A DNA stretch of 64,000 bases from Utricularia gibba (lineage: Eukaryota > Plantae > Magnoliophyta): contig CM007992.1 in NCBI GenBank assembly GCA_002189035.1, positions 1,302,001-1,366,000 of the forward strand, in the 5' to 3' direction. A program made the translations under genes and the position numbers. Below the pieces are notes generated by a model, which saw only the letters and a list, made by a program, of their open reading frames with translations, had not been told where the DNA came from and searched no databases. The stretch's first letter is position 1; each line of letters opens with the position of its first letter. Below, one piece after another: positions 51,640 to 64,000 of the stretch.

Positions 51640-53172
51640 TCACGCCGCTATTTTGACGGGGTATCTGTCGATGCAGTCCTCCCAGGGGCCGTTTCTGGAG
51701 GGACTCACGCGGCGGAGCGCCACCCACACGGCGCTGTTGCACTTGAACCCGCTCCCGAACGCGATCTGCCATACCTTGTGACCCTTCCGGACGCGCCCCT
51801 TGGCTTCTATGTACGCCAGTTCGTACCAGATGGAGCTGGAGGAGGTGTTCCCGAACCGGTGAAGGGTCATCCGGGAAGCTTCCACGTGGATGGGGAGGAG
51901 GTCCAGGTTCATCTCCAATTCGTCGATCACTGCGCGCCCTCCGGCGTGGATGCAGAAGTGATGGAATGCTAGTTTGAAGTCTGGGATGTACGGTTTCAGA
52001 TTCCTGTTCACTAATTTCTTCAGCACCAGTGCCGCGAAGAAGAGGAGCTGTTCGCTGATGGGGAGAACCAGGGGACCCAATGTGGTGATGTTTGTTTTCA
52101 ACGCGCCGCCGGCGATCGCCATCAGGTCTTTCGAGAGCGAGACTCCGGTTTTCCCGGCGTCGTCTTGCTCCTGGTACACGCAACGGAAGGCTTTATCCTC
52201 CGCGCCTTTGTGGGTCCTCACCACGTGAACCAGCTTGTACTTGGATCTGCGGCGGTCGCTAGGTTTATTGGAGAGGAGCACCGCGGCGCCGCCGACGCGG
52301 AAGAGGCAGTTGGGTATAAGCATAGATTTCTTGTTACCGAAGTACCAGTTCTGGGTGATGTTCTCTGTGCTGACGACCACGGCGTATGTGTTTCTGTTGG
52401 ATTGGAGCAGATCCTTGGCTAAATCCACGGCGATTACGCCGGCGCTGCAGCCCATCCCTCCGAGATTGAAGCTCTTGATGTTTCCCCTCAACTTGTACTT
52501 GTTCACAATCATCGCAGACAAAGAAGGCGTCGGATTGAACAAACTGCAGTTGACAACCAAAATCCCGATATCCTTGGGCTTCAATTTCGTGTTCTCGAAC
52601 AACCTATCCAACGCCCCGAACATCACCTGCTCCGCCTCCTCCCTCGCCGCCTGCATCGACGGCCGCGGCGGCAGAAAATGCATCGCCTCCGGCACATAGG
52701 TCTCATCTCCGAGACCAGAGCGTTCGAGAATCTTCCTCTGAAATTCCAAGGAAGAATCATCAAAATCCCCAGTCAAGGAAGAATGCTCCATAAACCGATG
52801 AAACGGAGCCTTGAGATGCTCCGGCGCCTGGTAACACGAGTAATCCAGCAAATAAACAGAACGCGGCCGCCTCATGATGTACACCGTGGATCCGAAAACG
52901 ATAAACACGGAGCAGATTATAACAGAAGCCAAATTATACTTAAGATGCAGCCACAGCTGACGAACATCATCGGGATTCATCTCCGAAACTTGGACGAATA
53001 TGGCCACCATTAGCGGGATCAAGCAGAGGGTGAGAAGATTAGAGATCAAATAATGGTAACCCAGTTTCACATACTTCAAATTAACACTCTGCAGGAAATC
53101 CGGCAGCCTCCGGGGATGGTGAATCCGGACGCCCACCCTCGCTCCTCCTCCTCCTCCGCCGCCGCCGTCCAT
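51640..53172 (-). CDS. KCS4: 3-ketoacyl-CoA synthase (KCS4-like), intronless, 510 aa
   Basis: MDGGGG...[25 protein letters not shown], catalytic [16 protein letters not shown] and [10 protein letters not shown]. The true ATG is at 53172; the ORF-track extension begins at GTG. Confidence 0.95.
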   Translation of the reverse strand: MDGGGGGGGGARVGVRIHHPRRLPDFLQSVNLKYVKLGYHYLISNLLTLCLIPLMVAIFVQVSEMNPDDVRQLWLHLKYNLASVIICSVFIVFGSTVYIMRRPRSVYLLDYSCYQAPEHLKAPFHRFMEHSSLTGDFDDSSLEFQRKILERSGLGDETYVPEAMHFLPPRPSMQAAREEAEQVMFGALDRLFENTKLKPKDIGILVVNCSLFNPTPSLSAMIVNKYKLRGNIKSFNLGGMGCSAGVIAVDLAKDLLQSNRNTYAVVVSTENITQNWYFGNKKSMLIPNCLFRVGGAAVLLSNKPSDRRRSKYKLVHVVRTHKGAEDKAFRCVYQEQDDAGKTGVSLSKDLMAIAGGALKTNITTLGPLVLPISEQLLFFAALVLKKLVNRNLKPYIPDFKLAFHHFCIHAGGRAVIDELEMNLDLLPIHVEASRMTLHRFGNTSSSSIWYELAYIEAKGRVRKGHKVWQIAFGSGFKCNSAVWVALRRVSPSRNGPWEDCIDRYPVKIAA

Positions 53173-56100
53173 GGCCACCAATTGAATCGACGAAAACCAA
53201 AAGGAAGAGACACAAGGAGAAGCCAAGTTGCTTAAGGGACAGCACAAGAGCGGAGAGCGAAGGGTATTAAATACTACCACTGCACTCTGAATTCATTGCC
53301 AAATTGCTCTGTCCCCCCATCGCATCTCCTTCTCTCTCCCTCTCTGCGACTTCCTTCGTCTCCGCTAACCAAATAACGTTTACCCTGCCGTAAAAGAAGA
53401 TAAAGACACAGCGGCCATAGCTTTTAAAATTCAAGGTGTTGACCGCTCTCTGTTACACTTGCCTTTTCACTGTCTGCTAATATTTTAAAATTCTGAATTT
53501 AACTGGGATATCATATTTATTTTTATAAGAAATTAAAATTTAAAATATTAAATTTATATAATTATTTTTATTTTTTTACAATATTTTTACAATAAATTTA
53601 GAAGTGTGCAGTTTTAAAAGACTGCTGTCTGCTACCTACCCTTGCCAAATCTCAACGGGTACACTCCAACATGTACTATGCAATTATTTTGAAGCTAAAT
53701 TATGATTAAATTGTGATTGAAATAGGATTCGATCGTATTTATTTTTTTATATTTTAAAACGTTGAACGATTTACATTTCAAAACATCAGTTATGTGGATC
53801 CAACATTTTGAAAAATTCAGAAATGATAACCAAATTTTGGGTAAGTTTTTGTAATTAAAAAATAATATAATTTATTTTAAGATTTAAACATAATTAATAA
53901 ATATTAATCCCACATACTCAAAATCAAATTTTGATAGAAATTTTCAATAAAAAATTTAATGTAAATTGGGAGGAGGGGTTGGGTTAAAATTCGAACTTTC
54001 GTTTTAAAATTCAATACATTTTTTCTATAAATCTATTACTTGAATTATTGGGCTAAACTTTATTTAATCTCTACTAATACTCGTTTTAAATATTCAAAAA
54101 TTTTACAACATTTGAACCTTTTCTAAATTTAATATCTATAAATGAAAAAATATTATTTAAATTCTTAATAAAACAAACAAAAATTTTATTTTCAAGGGGA
54201 CAGCCAATAGACATGAAAATGATAAAACATACCACATTTTTTCAAATTTTGCAATTCATTTCTGTATAATGTCTGAGTGGTATAATTTTTTAAGATATGT
54301 TTTTTATGACATCTACTTCTATCATCATCTCAATATACCATCTAACCATTTTGTCCTCCGTACTCAATCATTGTGCGGAAAGCCTCGACCTCTATATTTT
54401 TTTTTCCATTAGTGGATGAGCTAAAACACATGTGATTTACTTGTTTTCCAAATGGTCACATTGATCTCTTTTTTTCTTTAGATCTTTTTTTTAATTACGA
54501 CTTTGATATATTTTTATTATTTCGCAAGAACAAACGACACTTGAAAAGTCATATGTAAAATGAAAAACTCCTAAAAATGTTGAATGGTTTTGAAAGAATT
54601 TTTCCCATAAACAAGGATATTGCATTAGTCATGATAAATGATATAGACAACGTTTAGAAATCAATTATATTCTACTAAAATTAATTATATTTTTGTATAT
54701 TTGATTTTGTATTTCAAATGTGTATTATATTTTTTTACGTGAATTAATTTTTAAAAATCATTTCAATTCTATAAAAAGTATGAATAAGTGGTTTTAATAT
54801 AAAATTATTTTTTAAAAATTGATTTTCATAATAAATTTAATATTATATATATACATACATATTTGTTAATGATAAAAATTATAATGAATGTCATTTTAAA
54901 TAAATATTGATTAATTTATTTGTCTATCAAAATTTTATTCTAATTATACGAATTGGGATTCTACAAATTTTCAATTGGTAATAGAATAATCATTGATTTT
55001 AAGGAATAGAGTAAGAATTTAATACATAGAATATAATTATTAATAAGTATAGGTAAATATGTAATTTAATTATAAAAATCACTTTGTAATTTTTACTATA
55101 ATAGTCATTTTTAGAAAACACTTTTAAATATATATCAATTTTCATTTTATTAAAATATTTAAGTTATGTTAAAATCAATTTTAAAGTGATTTTTTTCAAA
55201 CTTACGTATAATCTAGTATTATGTTTCAAATCAGTCGAAAATGACTCTACTGCTAGTATTACAAATTATACAAATAAAAGGCATATATTAATAATTTTCA
55301 AATGGAAAATCATATTTCCAATTAAAAATATTAAAAATTCGCTTTAATTTAAAGGAGCTATCATTGTTGTAATATCAGATATTATAAACAATATATGATA
55401 CAGATCCGGAATTTATAAAATATTAATGATATGGTAGTTGCATTTTAAAAAGGGTTCCAAATCTACGTTTAAAATTCATATAAACTTGGATGCTTTTTTA
55501 TTATTTTTATAATATTTTCTATGATTAGTTTGAAATTTGTCAAGAAAATGAAGAAATTAGAAAATTGCCGTCCTGCACGCAATTGTATTGGTAGGAATTT
55601 AAGGCAGGTTGGACACCCACTTTTGAACATATGCGTGTATTGTAGTAAAGGAACATGGGGTGCAGAGTGGGGCCTCTTCCACCTATTCCAGAATGAGAGA
55701 AGGTTTGAAATGTAGTTAATTTGGATGGAATATTTGAAAATATATTAAAATATTTGTTTTGGTAAATTTTAATTAGAATGAAATATATTATATTTATATA
55801 AAAGATAAAAAACAAAATGAATAAAAAAGAGACGGATGATAAAAATATCAAACGAGGGGTGAGATAATTAAATCACAACAGTACATATTAGAGTTGTAAT
55901 CGGCTCGACATTCAAGATTCTGAATGTCAGCATTTTTTCATAAGCATGATTCATGTGAGCATTTGAAAAAAAGTCAGCATTTTTTGGATTGTTTCTAGAT
56001 ATGCATAAGAGATGTTATAGATACTTGAAAAAAATTATAAATATATTGTACTTCTTAGGTACTTGCAATAACTTATGCGGATCATGAAAAAAAATTTGAT

Positions 56101-56924
56101 ATTCTTATGAGTGTTTTCAAACATTCATAAAAATCGTTGTAAGTGATTGAAAATATAATTTTTATTTTAAAAATTTAAAACCGTGATTTGAATCGAAATT
56201 ATATGATTCGATTTCAGGTTTATGATTCTAATTTCGAACCAAAATCATGTGATTCAATTTCGATTTCCATTCAGCTCAGTTTAAGTTTTATGTTCCTATT
56301 TTGAATCAAAACTGAAATTGAATTTGACATCATACCCTAATTTATGAATTATCGTTTTGATGAAACAGATCGATTTGGAACCCGTCATAATACCAATATT
56401 GACTATTACAAAATCTTAATCACAATATTTCATCAATCCCATTCCATATTAAAAATGTGAAATTTTAATACGTTTATTATATTAAACATACCATAAAAGT
56501 TTTTTAAGTATAAAATTTAGATGACAATATTTTATAGGATTTGATGCAATTTTTGAAAATATTCAAAATATTAATAATTTACTAATAACAATTTAAAGTA
56601 TCAAATGTTTGTGTATTAATTATAGAAATATTAATTTTAATATTGAGATAGCAATTTAGTTTCACTGTGAATAAAAAAAATCGAATTGTGGTTCGATTAG
56701 AACATTATTTTGCATAAATTTGACTGATAAAAAATCGTATTAATCATGAAATTAAAACTCGGTGACCGGGTTTAATGACTAACGCGTTACTGGTTGGGTA
56801 AACGGTAGCTTACCAAACCCGACCACTCGATAGGGATTTCGTGTATTAATGACAATAAATCATACCCATTTTATCTGGGCGGGCCGGGTACGCTGTTTAT
56901 GTACCCGACTTGAACCGTCAAGGA

Positions 56925-56975
56925 TTTATTGGGCCGGTTCATGACGTCATGCGAATGCATCGATGACGTGGCAAC
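56925..56975 (+). promoter_or_regulatory. Site II plus TGACGT/ACGT motifs upstream of the HMGB pseudogene
   Basis: TGGGCC, ATGACGTCAT and GATGACGTGGC lie within 50 bp. Confidence 0.4.
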
Positions 56976-57175
56976 ATGGTGCCGAAGTTTGCATTTGTTT
57001 TAATTTTCCCTCCCACTGGAATCGGCGGTCTGGTTTTTCTGTATTCTACCGTTTCGCATTAGCAATTTCTGTCGCCAAAAACCCTATCGCGGCGGTGAGT
57101 TTTACCGGCGTTTTCGTCTGCTGTGATTCTAGTTTTTCGATTTAGCAGCCTTTTTTTTTTCATTTCGTGTTTCAG

Positions 57176-58729
57176 ATGGAGGAAGATCGAAGGGGACTCG
57201 TCGAGTAAAACGGACGGCAGGTTTGGTTGATCTCTGCGTTTTTTTTTGGGTTTTTTGTTTTGTTTAGTTAATATGTTGTTATCTTGCCTCAGAGTGTGAT
57301 ATCAATACGTCTTCATCATGCTCGTTGCAGTTTGAATGCTGTTTTTGTCCTAGGAAGTTGTCTTGATTTGCATGATTTGGAGTTGAAACGATGTCTCATT
57401 TGTGTTCATATTGACGAAGAAACTTACTAGTGTTTACCTTGTGTTCTTTTTTCTGTTGATACTCGGAATGCTTTTTGGTTGTTTTATTTTTTCCTGTTTG
57501 GCTGCATAGATTTGCTTATTTTTTTTGGCGTATTTTGCGTGGTTTTCTCTTTTTGTATCGGTTGTATGACTTACATTACTGTTTTGTGCATTTTCAGCCT
57601 AGCTGTAAAAAAGAAAACTGCGAAGGAGAAGAAACTAGAAAAGAGGCCTTCAAGTGGCTTTTTTGTTTTCATTTGCGCCACTTTCAACGTGCTTTTATTT
57701 CTGCACATGTTGAATGGTGCTAAGATCTTTTTCTTGTGCTACGTACGTATTGTGTTCTGTTGTCGACAGGGAAGACTTCAGAACGCATTATAAACAAAAG
57801 CATCCCAACAATAAATCCGTTGCAGCTCTGAGTAAACTTGTTTCATTTTCAACCGTTAACATGACCATAGTTTTTCGAGAACATGGAGAGAGCTCAAGGT
57901 TTCTGGTTCTTAATGCAGGTGGGTTATGAAGACAGATGAAGACGTATACACAAGAGGATAGTTGATGTTACTGAGGAAATGAGTGCACGTGCAGGCAAAT
58001 GCATGGAACAGAGGATCATTTCGTGAAGATATTATAGATCATGGTCAGTTACGGGATTATGTAGATGTTTTACGGTTTTGCCTTCAGAGAAATAGATATA
58101 TACATAATGTTCATTGTCATTCTGCGATGGATTGAGAAATAAGATTTATAGTGTGAATTTCCTGTTCTATCTCTTCCTCGTCTGAGTTGTTCTGGTATGG
58201 ATCATCAGAGAATACTTTGATCATTCACTTTAATCATTTACATTTTCTGTATAGGTAAACCCGCTTGCCATAAGTGAAAAGCAATGAGCAAAGAGGTGAC
58301 CTTATTTCAAATTTCATCCTACTTTGTTATTCAACATATGTCACCAAGGCAGAGTAGAGGAAGGAGGAATATGAGGCTCAAATGGAGGTGCACAACTAGA
58401 AGTTGGCGTGTTTTTTTCATTACACACGAGTTTGTTACCTCTCGAGTATTTCATTACATCTGTTGCTCACAGAAAACTCCTGCGCATTTCGGAACAGACA
58501 ACCTTTAATGCTTCCTAACTATAATCTGATGAAGAATCCGACAAGTCAAAGTCTGAGGTTGATGACATAGAAGAAGGGGATGCAGAGGTGAGCTAGTTCC
58601 TCTTTTATGATCCTTGTTCCATAGTTATCACTCTCTGCACCCAAAGGGAACCCCAACCTCATGCTTGTCCTTCATCTCCCTTGTTTAAAATGTTAGCATT
58701 CTCTAAAGGAGGAAGAGGGTGATGACTAA
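57176..58729 (+). pseudogene. HMGB: Intron-retaining HMGB1/2/3-type pseudogene
   Basis: Exon remnants GGRSKG.., LAVKKK..KRPSSGFFVF, EDFRTHYKQKHPNNKSVAA, K*KAMSKE, YVTKAE*RKEEYE..HN*KL, DEESDKSKSEVDD and EEEGDD*. The ATG frame stops after 10 codons; donors are changed to TT (about 57672), CT (about 57829) and GC (about 58406). Confidence 0.88.
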
Positions 58730-60029
58730 TCCCATTGGGATTGTAAGGGCAGTAGTTGCGGTGATTTGGAGGTTTGGTATCCTGTGTGCACATCCCTTCA
58801 GGTCTTTTCCTAGGTGTTGTGGACATCTGTTCCTAGGTACTGCGCCTTAGCATTTACATGCCCCTTTGTTGATCATTTGAATTAAACTAAGTTTTTTGCT
58901 TCCTTTTTTTAGTGGTTAATTAGTCCTAACTCACGTGCTTAAGGGTGGAATTATGAAATCGTATACTTGGCTTGAATTATTGGTTAAATTATGTATAATT
59001 AACTAAATATATGATCAATTTTTAATATTGAAATAAAATTTAACCATTTAATCCATTTTTATTAAAAAAAAAAGTGTGGAATGATTAGTGTTCAGCCTTT
59101 TTTTAACTTCGAGAGGTGTTTGCAGTTATGATGTATGGATTCTTATATTTTCTATACACTTAAAAGTATTTGATGTATACATTTTTGGATACATGTACGG
59201 ATATATGCATATATATTCAATAAATGAAGATATTAATATTCATTAACTTTTTTCAATTTTCTTTAATATTAATTTTATATTCTCTTATTGGTTGTGTAGA
59301 TAAATTCTTTTTCTTTATACATTAATGATTCTCATTAGCAATTATAATTAGAATAATCATTTAGGATAGTTATATTTTTTCTAACAAAAGTTTTATATAA
59401 TATTTATTAAATATTTTGTTTATTAAAAGTTTATAGTAAATCATTATCATTAAATATTTTTTAAATATTTATTAAACATTGTGTAAAGTTTATTATTTTA
59501 TTATTTATATTCCGGTTTTAGATTTCTATATATTAATTTTTTTATTTTCTTAACAAATAACTTTATTTTAAATATTGACATATTTAAATTTCATAAAACT
59601 TTGTAATTGTATCCTTGTAGCATCTAGTCTACCCACCCACACTTGTGCATTATAACTTCACACTTCCGTCCTCTTAAGAAAAAGAAAATTACAAAAATAC
59701 CTCAAAAGTGGTACTATATTTTTAGAAGCAAAAATCAATGATAATGCATAACAAGATAATTTATGTCTATTTTATTATAAAATCATAAATTCAATAGAGA
59801 ATTGGTTCCACTTCAATCCAAGTTTATAAATGAATTATAAAACAAGTTTCATTCATTTAAACTAATTTTATTTTTAAAATATAATTAAAAAATACTAAAT
59901 TTAATTTAAACTATTATAAAACACTGAATGAATTCAATACATTTTGACACCGATCAAATGCCCTGATAGAAGCAATTTCATGCATTAGATTAGATATCTA
60001 CACTATCACAACCCTCCTACCAACCAACC

Positions 60030-63000
60030 TCAACTTTGGTTGGGCTGACTACTGGGGGGCATCCGTCGCTTCATATTTCTCAGGCTTCCAGAACCTTCGG
60101 TGGGTGCAACATATGCGAAGCAATCCAAGTCAACTGCATTCGACTTCTTGGCCGTGTTCACGCCCTAAGTCACCCAAACATGCAATCAACCACACCATTG
60201 CAAGTGACCGTAAGACAGCTCGGAGCCACAAGCATACTACTACAGCATGCGTATTGAGACCAGTGACCATATCGTATACACAGTGCAACTGAACATTTTT
60301 TTTATAGCAAAAGCGTCAACAAAACCAACCGCTGCATGTATATATGTTTTTTTCCATGCAACATGTTTCCCAAAACCTGTTACCTAAGCTCAGAGAGTGG
60401 GGAGAGAGAGAGAATGAGCAGTTTGTTCAACCAATTCAACTACAAAAGTCCACTAGTTCACACGGTATCTATTTCAAACATGTTTTGAAAACTCTATACG
60501 CAAATTGAAGGCTCTATAAACGTCACTAGTACTACTAGTACCAAATAGCATAGCCAACAGTTAAGAGTTTATACCCTTAGTGTGTCAACAGTGGAGTTAA
60601 GAAACGGTACCTGATCCTCTGGAAAATAAGGTGACTTTGTTGGCGCTCCCGCATTTTTTATAACCAGAGAATCGAGGTAAAGCATTATCTGTTTGTGGGA
60701 GACAGAAAAAATGGATAGGTCAGTCGCAAATCAAGTTGTAATAGGAGAGAAGAATCCTGCTGCAAGATTGAAGGCTCAACCTTATTTTGGTAATTCAAGT
60801 TAGATGCGTCAGTGGCCACAATGTGCACACCAAGACAAGTGTCGTGGTTGTCACAGGAAGGGCAAAATATGGAGTTGTAAACGCAGCCATCTTCACTGCA
60901 CCAGACACCCTGTCCAGAATGATGGCCTTGACGAACTGAAAAGAGACGCTCATCAACTGATGACTTTTCAGCTAAAAAAACATCCACACTTGATGAATCC
61001 TTTCTTCTCAGGGATAATAAATGAACTTTTGATGTAGAAACTACAGTTCCCAAGACAGAAAATTCTTCTTCAAATCGACCTAGTGGATTTTGGCAACTTG
61101 AGCAAAAAAGTTGTGGTTCATTTACATTGGCTCCATAAGACAAGGGCCACTCCCGGAAACCAGTCTCCTTTGGGTGGTGGAAAGTTTTGGATGGAGTGAC
61201 TGGACTGGGAGAATCATCAGTTGCTGCTAATGGACTGGGCATAGAACTAAACGTTTCAGAAACTTGAACCGGAGTTCTGAATTCAGGTACGTTGGAAACT
61301 GAAGATAGGGAAGGTACTTTTCTCTTCCTGATTTTCGATTTAACACTCCACGGCGATTCTTGCTCATCAGCACCAGTGCTGCCATACTCAGATCTTATAT
61401 CATTTCCTGGTGTATCCAGTACAGAGGAAATAGCACTGTTAGGACCTTTCGTTGACGGAAGAAGAGATGCATACTGCTGAACCAGTGTCGAAACATCCTC
61501 AGGGAGGGTTTCAGGGCTCTGGAGATCCATACTGGGTGTTTCCTTGACAAAAGTAAGATCAAGATCATCCGGTGCTTCTGTCCACCTGTGTAAATATAAT
61601 CACAGAATAGAATGAAAACCGTATAGGGTCTAAACAAGAAGAGGCACATACATCTCTTGTGAGTATCATTATTCAAACGAACCAAGACTTTTCCGCTGCT
61701 AATATCCTACATTTAACTGGTTGACATGACTGAGGCATTTTGATCTATCTTTAAGTGAAGGCTGAAAGCAAAGAAAAATTAAAGCCAATGTCGTTTACCT
61801 CAAATTTTCTTGAGATTCATTCTCGAGATCAACATAGTCGGATGCTATGCTTAAAGAATCCCTATTATCCAAGTCAACATACCCCGAGGCAACACTTGCT
61901 TTAGCACTCTTTATTGTAATGAAGTTCCGCCTGATCTGAGCAGAAGTACAGTCAGATCTCACATCGGAGTTCGAAAGATTGTTCAATCCAGTAGCCTCAT
62001 CATTATTCGGTAACGTGTTTCCTTGTGCTTCCTTCTGCTGACTGCAACCATATTTTGCAACTCCAGTGTCAAATGGGGTAACGTTTTTGAAGTCTTTATG
62101 AGCCTGCTTGGAAATTATTGTCGTTCCAACAGCGTCCTGCATGATGATGCATAGTGCTCAGTTGAAAACAGTGAGAGAAACTAGATCAGGTGATGGAACA
62201 GTTACAGGTTCAAAATCCAAACGGCTAGACTGCAATCAGCCATTAATTCAAGCACGCCACAAGTAGCAGTTACCAACATTTTAAACAATGTTAAATCACC
62301 ATAAATAATTTTTGAAAAATAAAAGTTGCAGCAGCATAAAGCATAAATTGAAAAAAAAAACAAAAAATACAGACTGGTTCAAGGGATGCGTCCTTGAACT
62401 AAAATAGAATAATGATTGTTTTCTAAACACATTACCTTCACATCTCGGAAAAACGCTTTTAAACTTTTGAGGGATTCATCAAAGGAACTGTACAGCTTAA
62501 TAGACTTGCGCAGCCACTTTGATATATATGCTCTATTTCGCTCCCTATGAAAGCGCTCATCTGCAATTCAAAAGGTCCATAACACAATTACAATGTCAAT
62601 ACACCAAAGCTGTAGATCAGTTGAAAGATCAGGAATGCCAAGCCAAACTTTGTCGTTCGGGCAAATAAATGAAGAATGTCAATTGATTCAGAGTTAATCA
62701 AGGTGAAACAACATTTACTTTAATTTTGACAACTCAGAGTGTATCTGTTAACTAGTGATCTTTAGATATAAAAAAGTGATAGTTCAGGCCCACCTAGTAA
62801 GATGACAGCTCCATGATCAAATCTGTGGCGTATGCAACGACCTAAAATTTTGAGCATGAAAAGAAAAAATTACAAAGAATTCACTTGATTTTAATTACTA
62901 GACAAAAATCACAATTCAAAATTAATCCCAACATCCTAAACGTCAAGCCTTACCATATTACCAGGTTTAAGTTTTAATAATAAGCCCAACCAACACCACG

Positions 63001-64000
63001 GTTATACAGCAGACAAGAAAGGTGCCATGCATTTCCCGGAGCATCATGGAATATCACTTTGTATACTGTTGACAGGAAACAAAGAATTACCTATAGCTTG
63101 GTTTACAGCTCTGAATGCTTGCTGACAGTACCATTCATTCCCATTTACAAGATTTTTTGACAGCTCATGTGTATCATTGAACTTCTTTTTCTGGGCAACC
63201 TTAACTTCATGACTAGAAATAAAATGATAAAAAAAACAGATATTAATACTAACGCCAACAACACAATAGTCATGGAAGTCAAAGGAGACCAGTGATCTTA
63301 CATATTTGGAAAGGGAATACCAATCATCACCTAGTATAGTTAAAGCAAAACAGCTGACAAAGAACTCTATAGTTTTTGAATAATTTAGTAACTACAAACG
63401 CTTAAAAGCATTAAACAACATTTAAACTACTGAAGGATACAACAGCCCGTGCGTTATCATTTGAGAAATCCATTCCTTCTGATACCTGTAAAAATGGAAA
63501 GCCCTGGTGATAGAATTTTCGTTCACAAGGTCACGAGCATGGAAAACAGAATATTAAAAGCATTACCTTACCACGGCAAACAGCCAAAAATGCAGCGCCT
63601 TCTTTCTTAAAATCCTTAGATGATTTCACCATGGTGCCAGTTTTAATACCCAACCTTTTAGACCGTGATTTCATCCCCTTATGGACTGAATCATAATACT
63701 TCCTTAACACTTCATCAAAAGCGTCTTGACTGCTTCTTCTAGGTTCTAAATCCAAATACCCCACCCCATTAGTAAAATAAGTAGCATAAGCTACATACTG
63801 CCAAAGGATCATAGAAGAAAGGGCACATATAACTTGTCTTTGAGCAGATTTTGTGAATGAGTTGGTCTCACGATTGGTTCATCGTGAGACTAAAAAAACA
63901 AAAACTTCATGCTACGGTTCGCTGCCGTACAGGTGAGAAAGAGCAAACACCACAAGTTGCATAACGAATGATGATGATATGTGGAATGGATTCGAATAAT
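60030..64000 (-). CDS. FANCJ: FANCJ/BRIP1-like RAD3/XPD-family DNA helicase, 3' part (gene continues beyond the window)
   Basis: EPR..QDAFDEVL..YY, GAAFLAVCRGK|VSEGMDFSNDNARAV|VMIGIPFPN|...WYCQQAFRAVNQAIG|RCIRHRFDHGAVILLD|ERF...YISKWLRKS. The plant C-terminal Cys-rich region follows (CSSC...GVWCSEDGCVYNSIFCPSC...CLGV), and the last exon is 60164-60030. Confidence 0.92.

Noticed and set aside
53173-53280. In-frame N-terminal extension of KCS4 in the ORF track
   Set aside because: It starts at GTG; the homologous protein begins at the ATG at 53172.
55890-56940. Stretches rich in TCGA/AATCG and ACCCG motifs resembling MITE subterminal repeats
   Set aside because: No paired TIRs or TSD could be located.
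63865-63890. 10-bp-stem hairpin GTCTCACGAT...ATCGTGAGAC in a FANCJ intron
   Set aside because: Too small to assign; possibly a MITE remnant or chance.

Overview
Gene-dense eudicot (plant) nuclear genomic window. Host genes, identified by translating and splicing by eye: 3' part of PMI1 (+), INTS9 (-), PPCS/CoaB (-), an RCC1-repeat (RCC2-like) gene (-), a TMEM42-like small membrane protein (-), an RD19-type cysteine protease (-), BLH11-like TALE homeobox (+), 20S proteasome alpha subunit PAF (+), class-I HKT1 transporter (-), an isoflavone-reductase-like/PCBER gene (-), TFIIIC subunit 6 (-), CLPR3 (-), KCS4 (-), and the 3' part of a FANCJ-like helicase (-). Decayed gene copies: HMGB, a gamma-carbonic-anhydrase fragment, and an unidentified three-exon fragment. 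Mobile DNA: a 468-bp hAT-type MITE with a perfect 8-bp TSD, Tourist-like MITEs, a Copia integrase remnant, and a 6.6-kb full-length PIF/Harbinger element (29208-35834). The main finding is that this Harbinger carries, between its two canonical genes (DDE transposase and Myb/SANT protein), a third five-exon gene. Once its lesions are corrected, this gene encodes an apparent Transposase_28-like domain fused to an FCP1/NIF-type HAD phosphatase-like domain. The spacers flanking it contain a repeated bipartite CACCG...ATCCGGTG motif. All identifications are from sequence reading and recalled family motifs; no searches were run.
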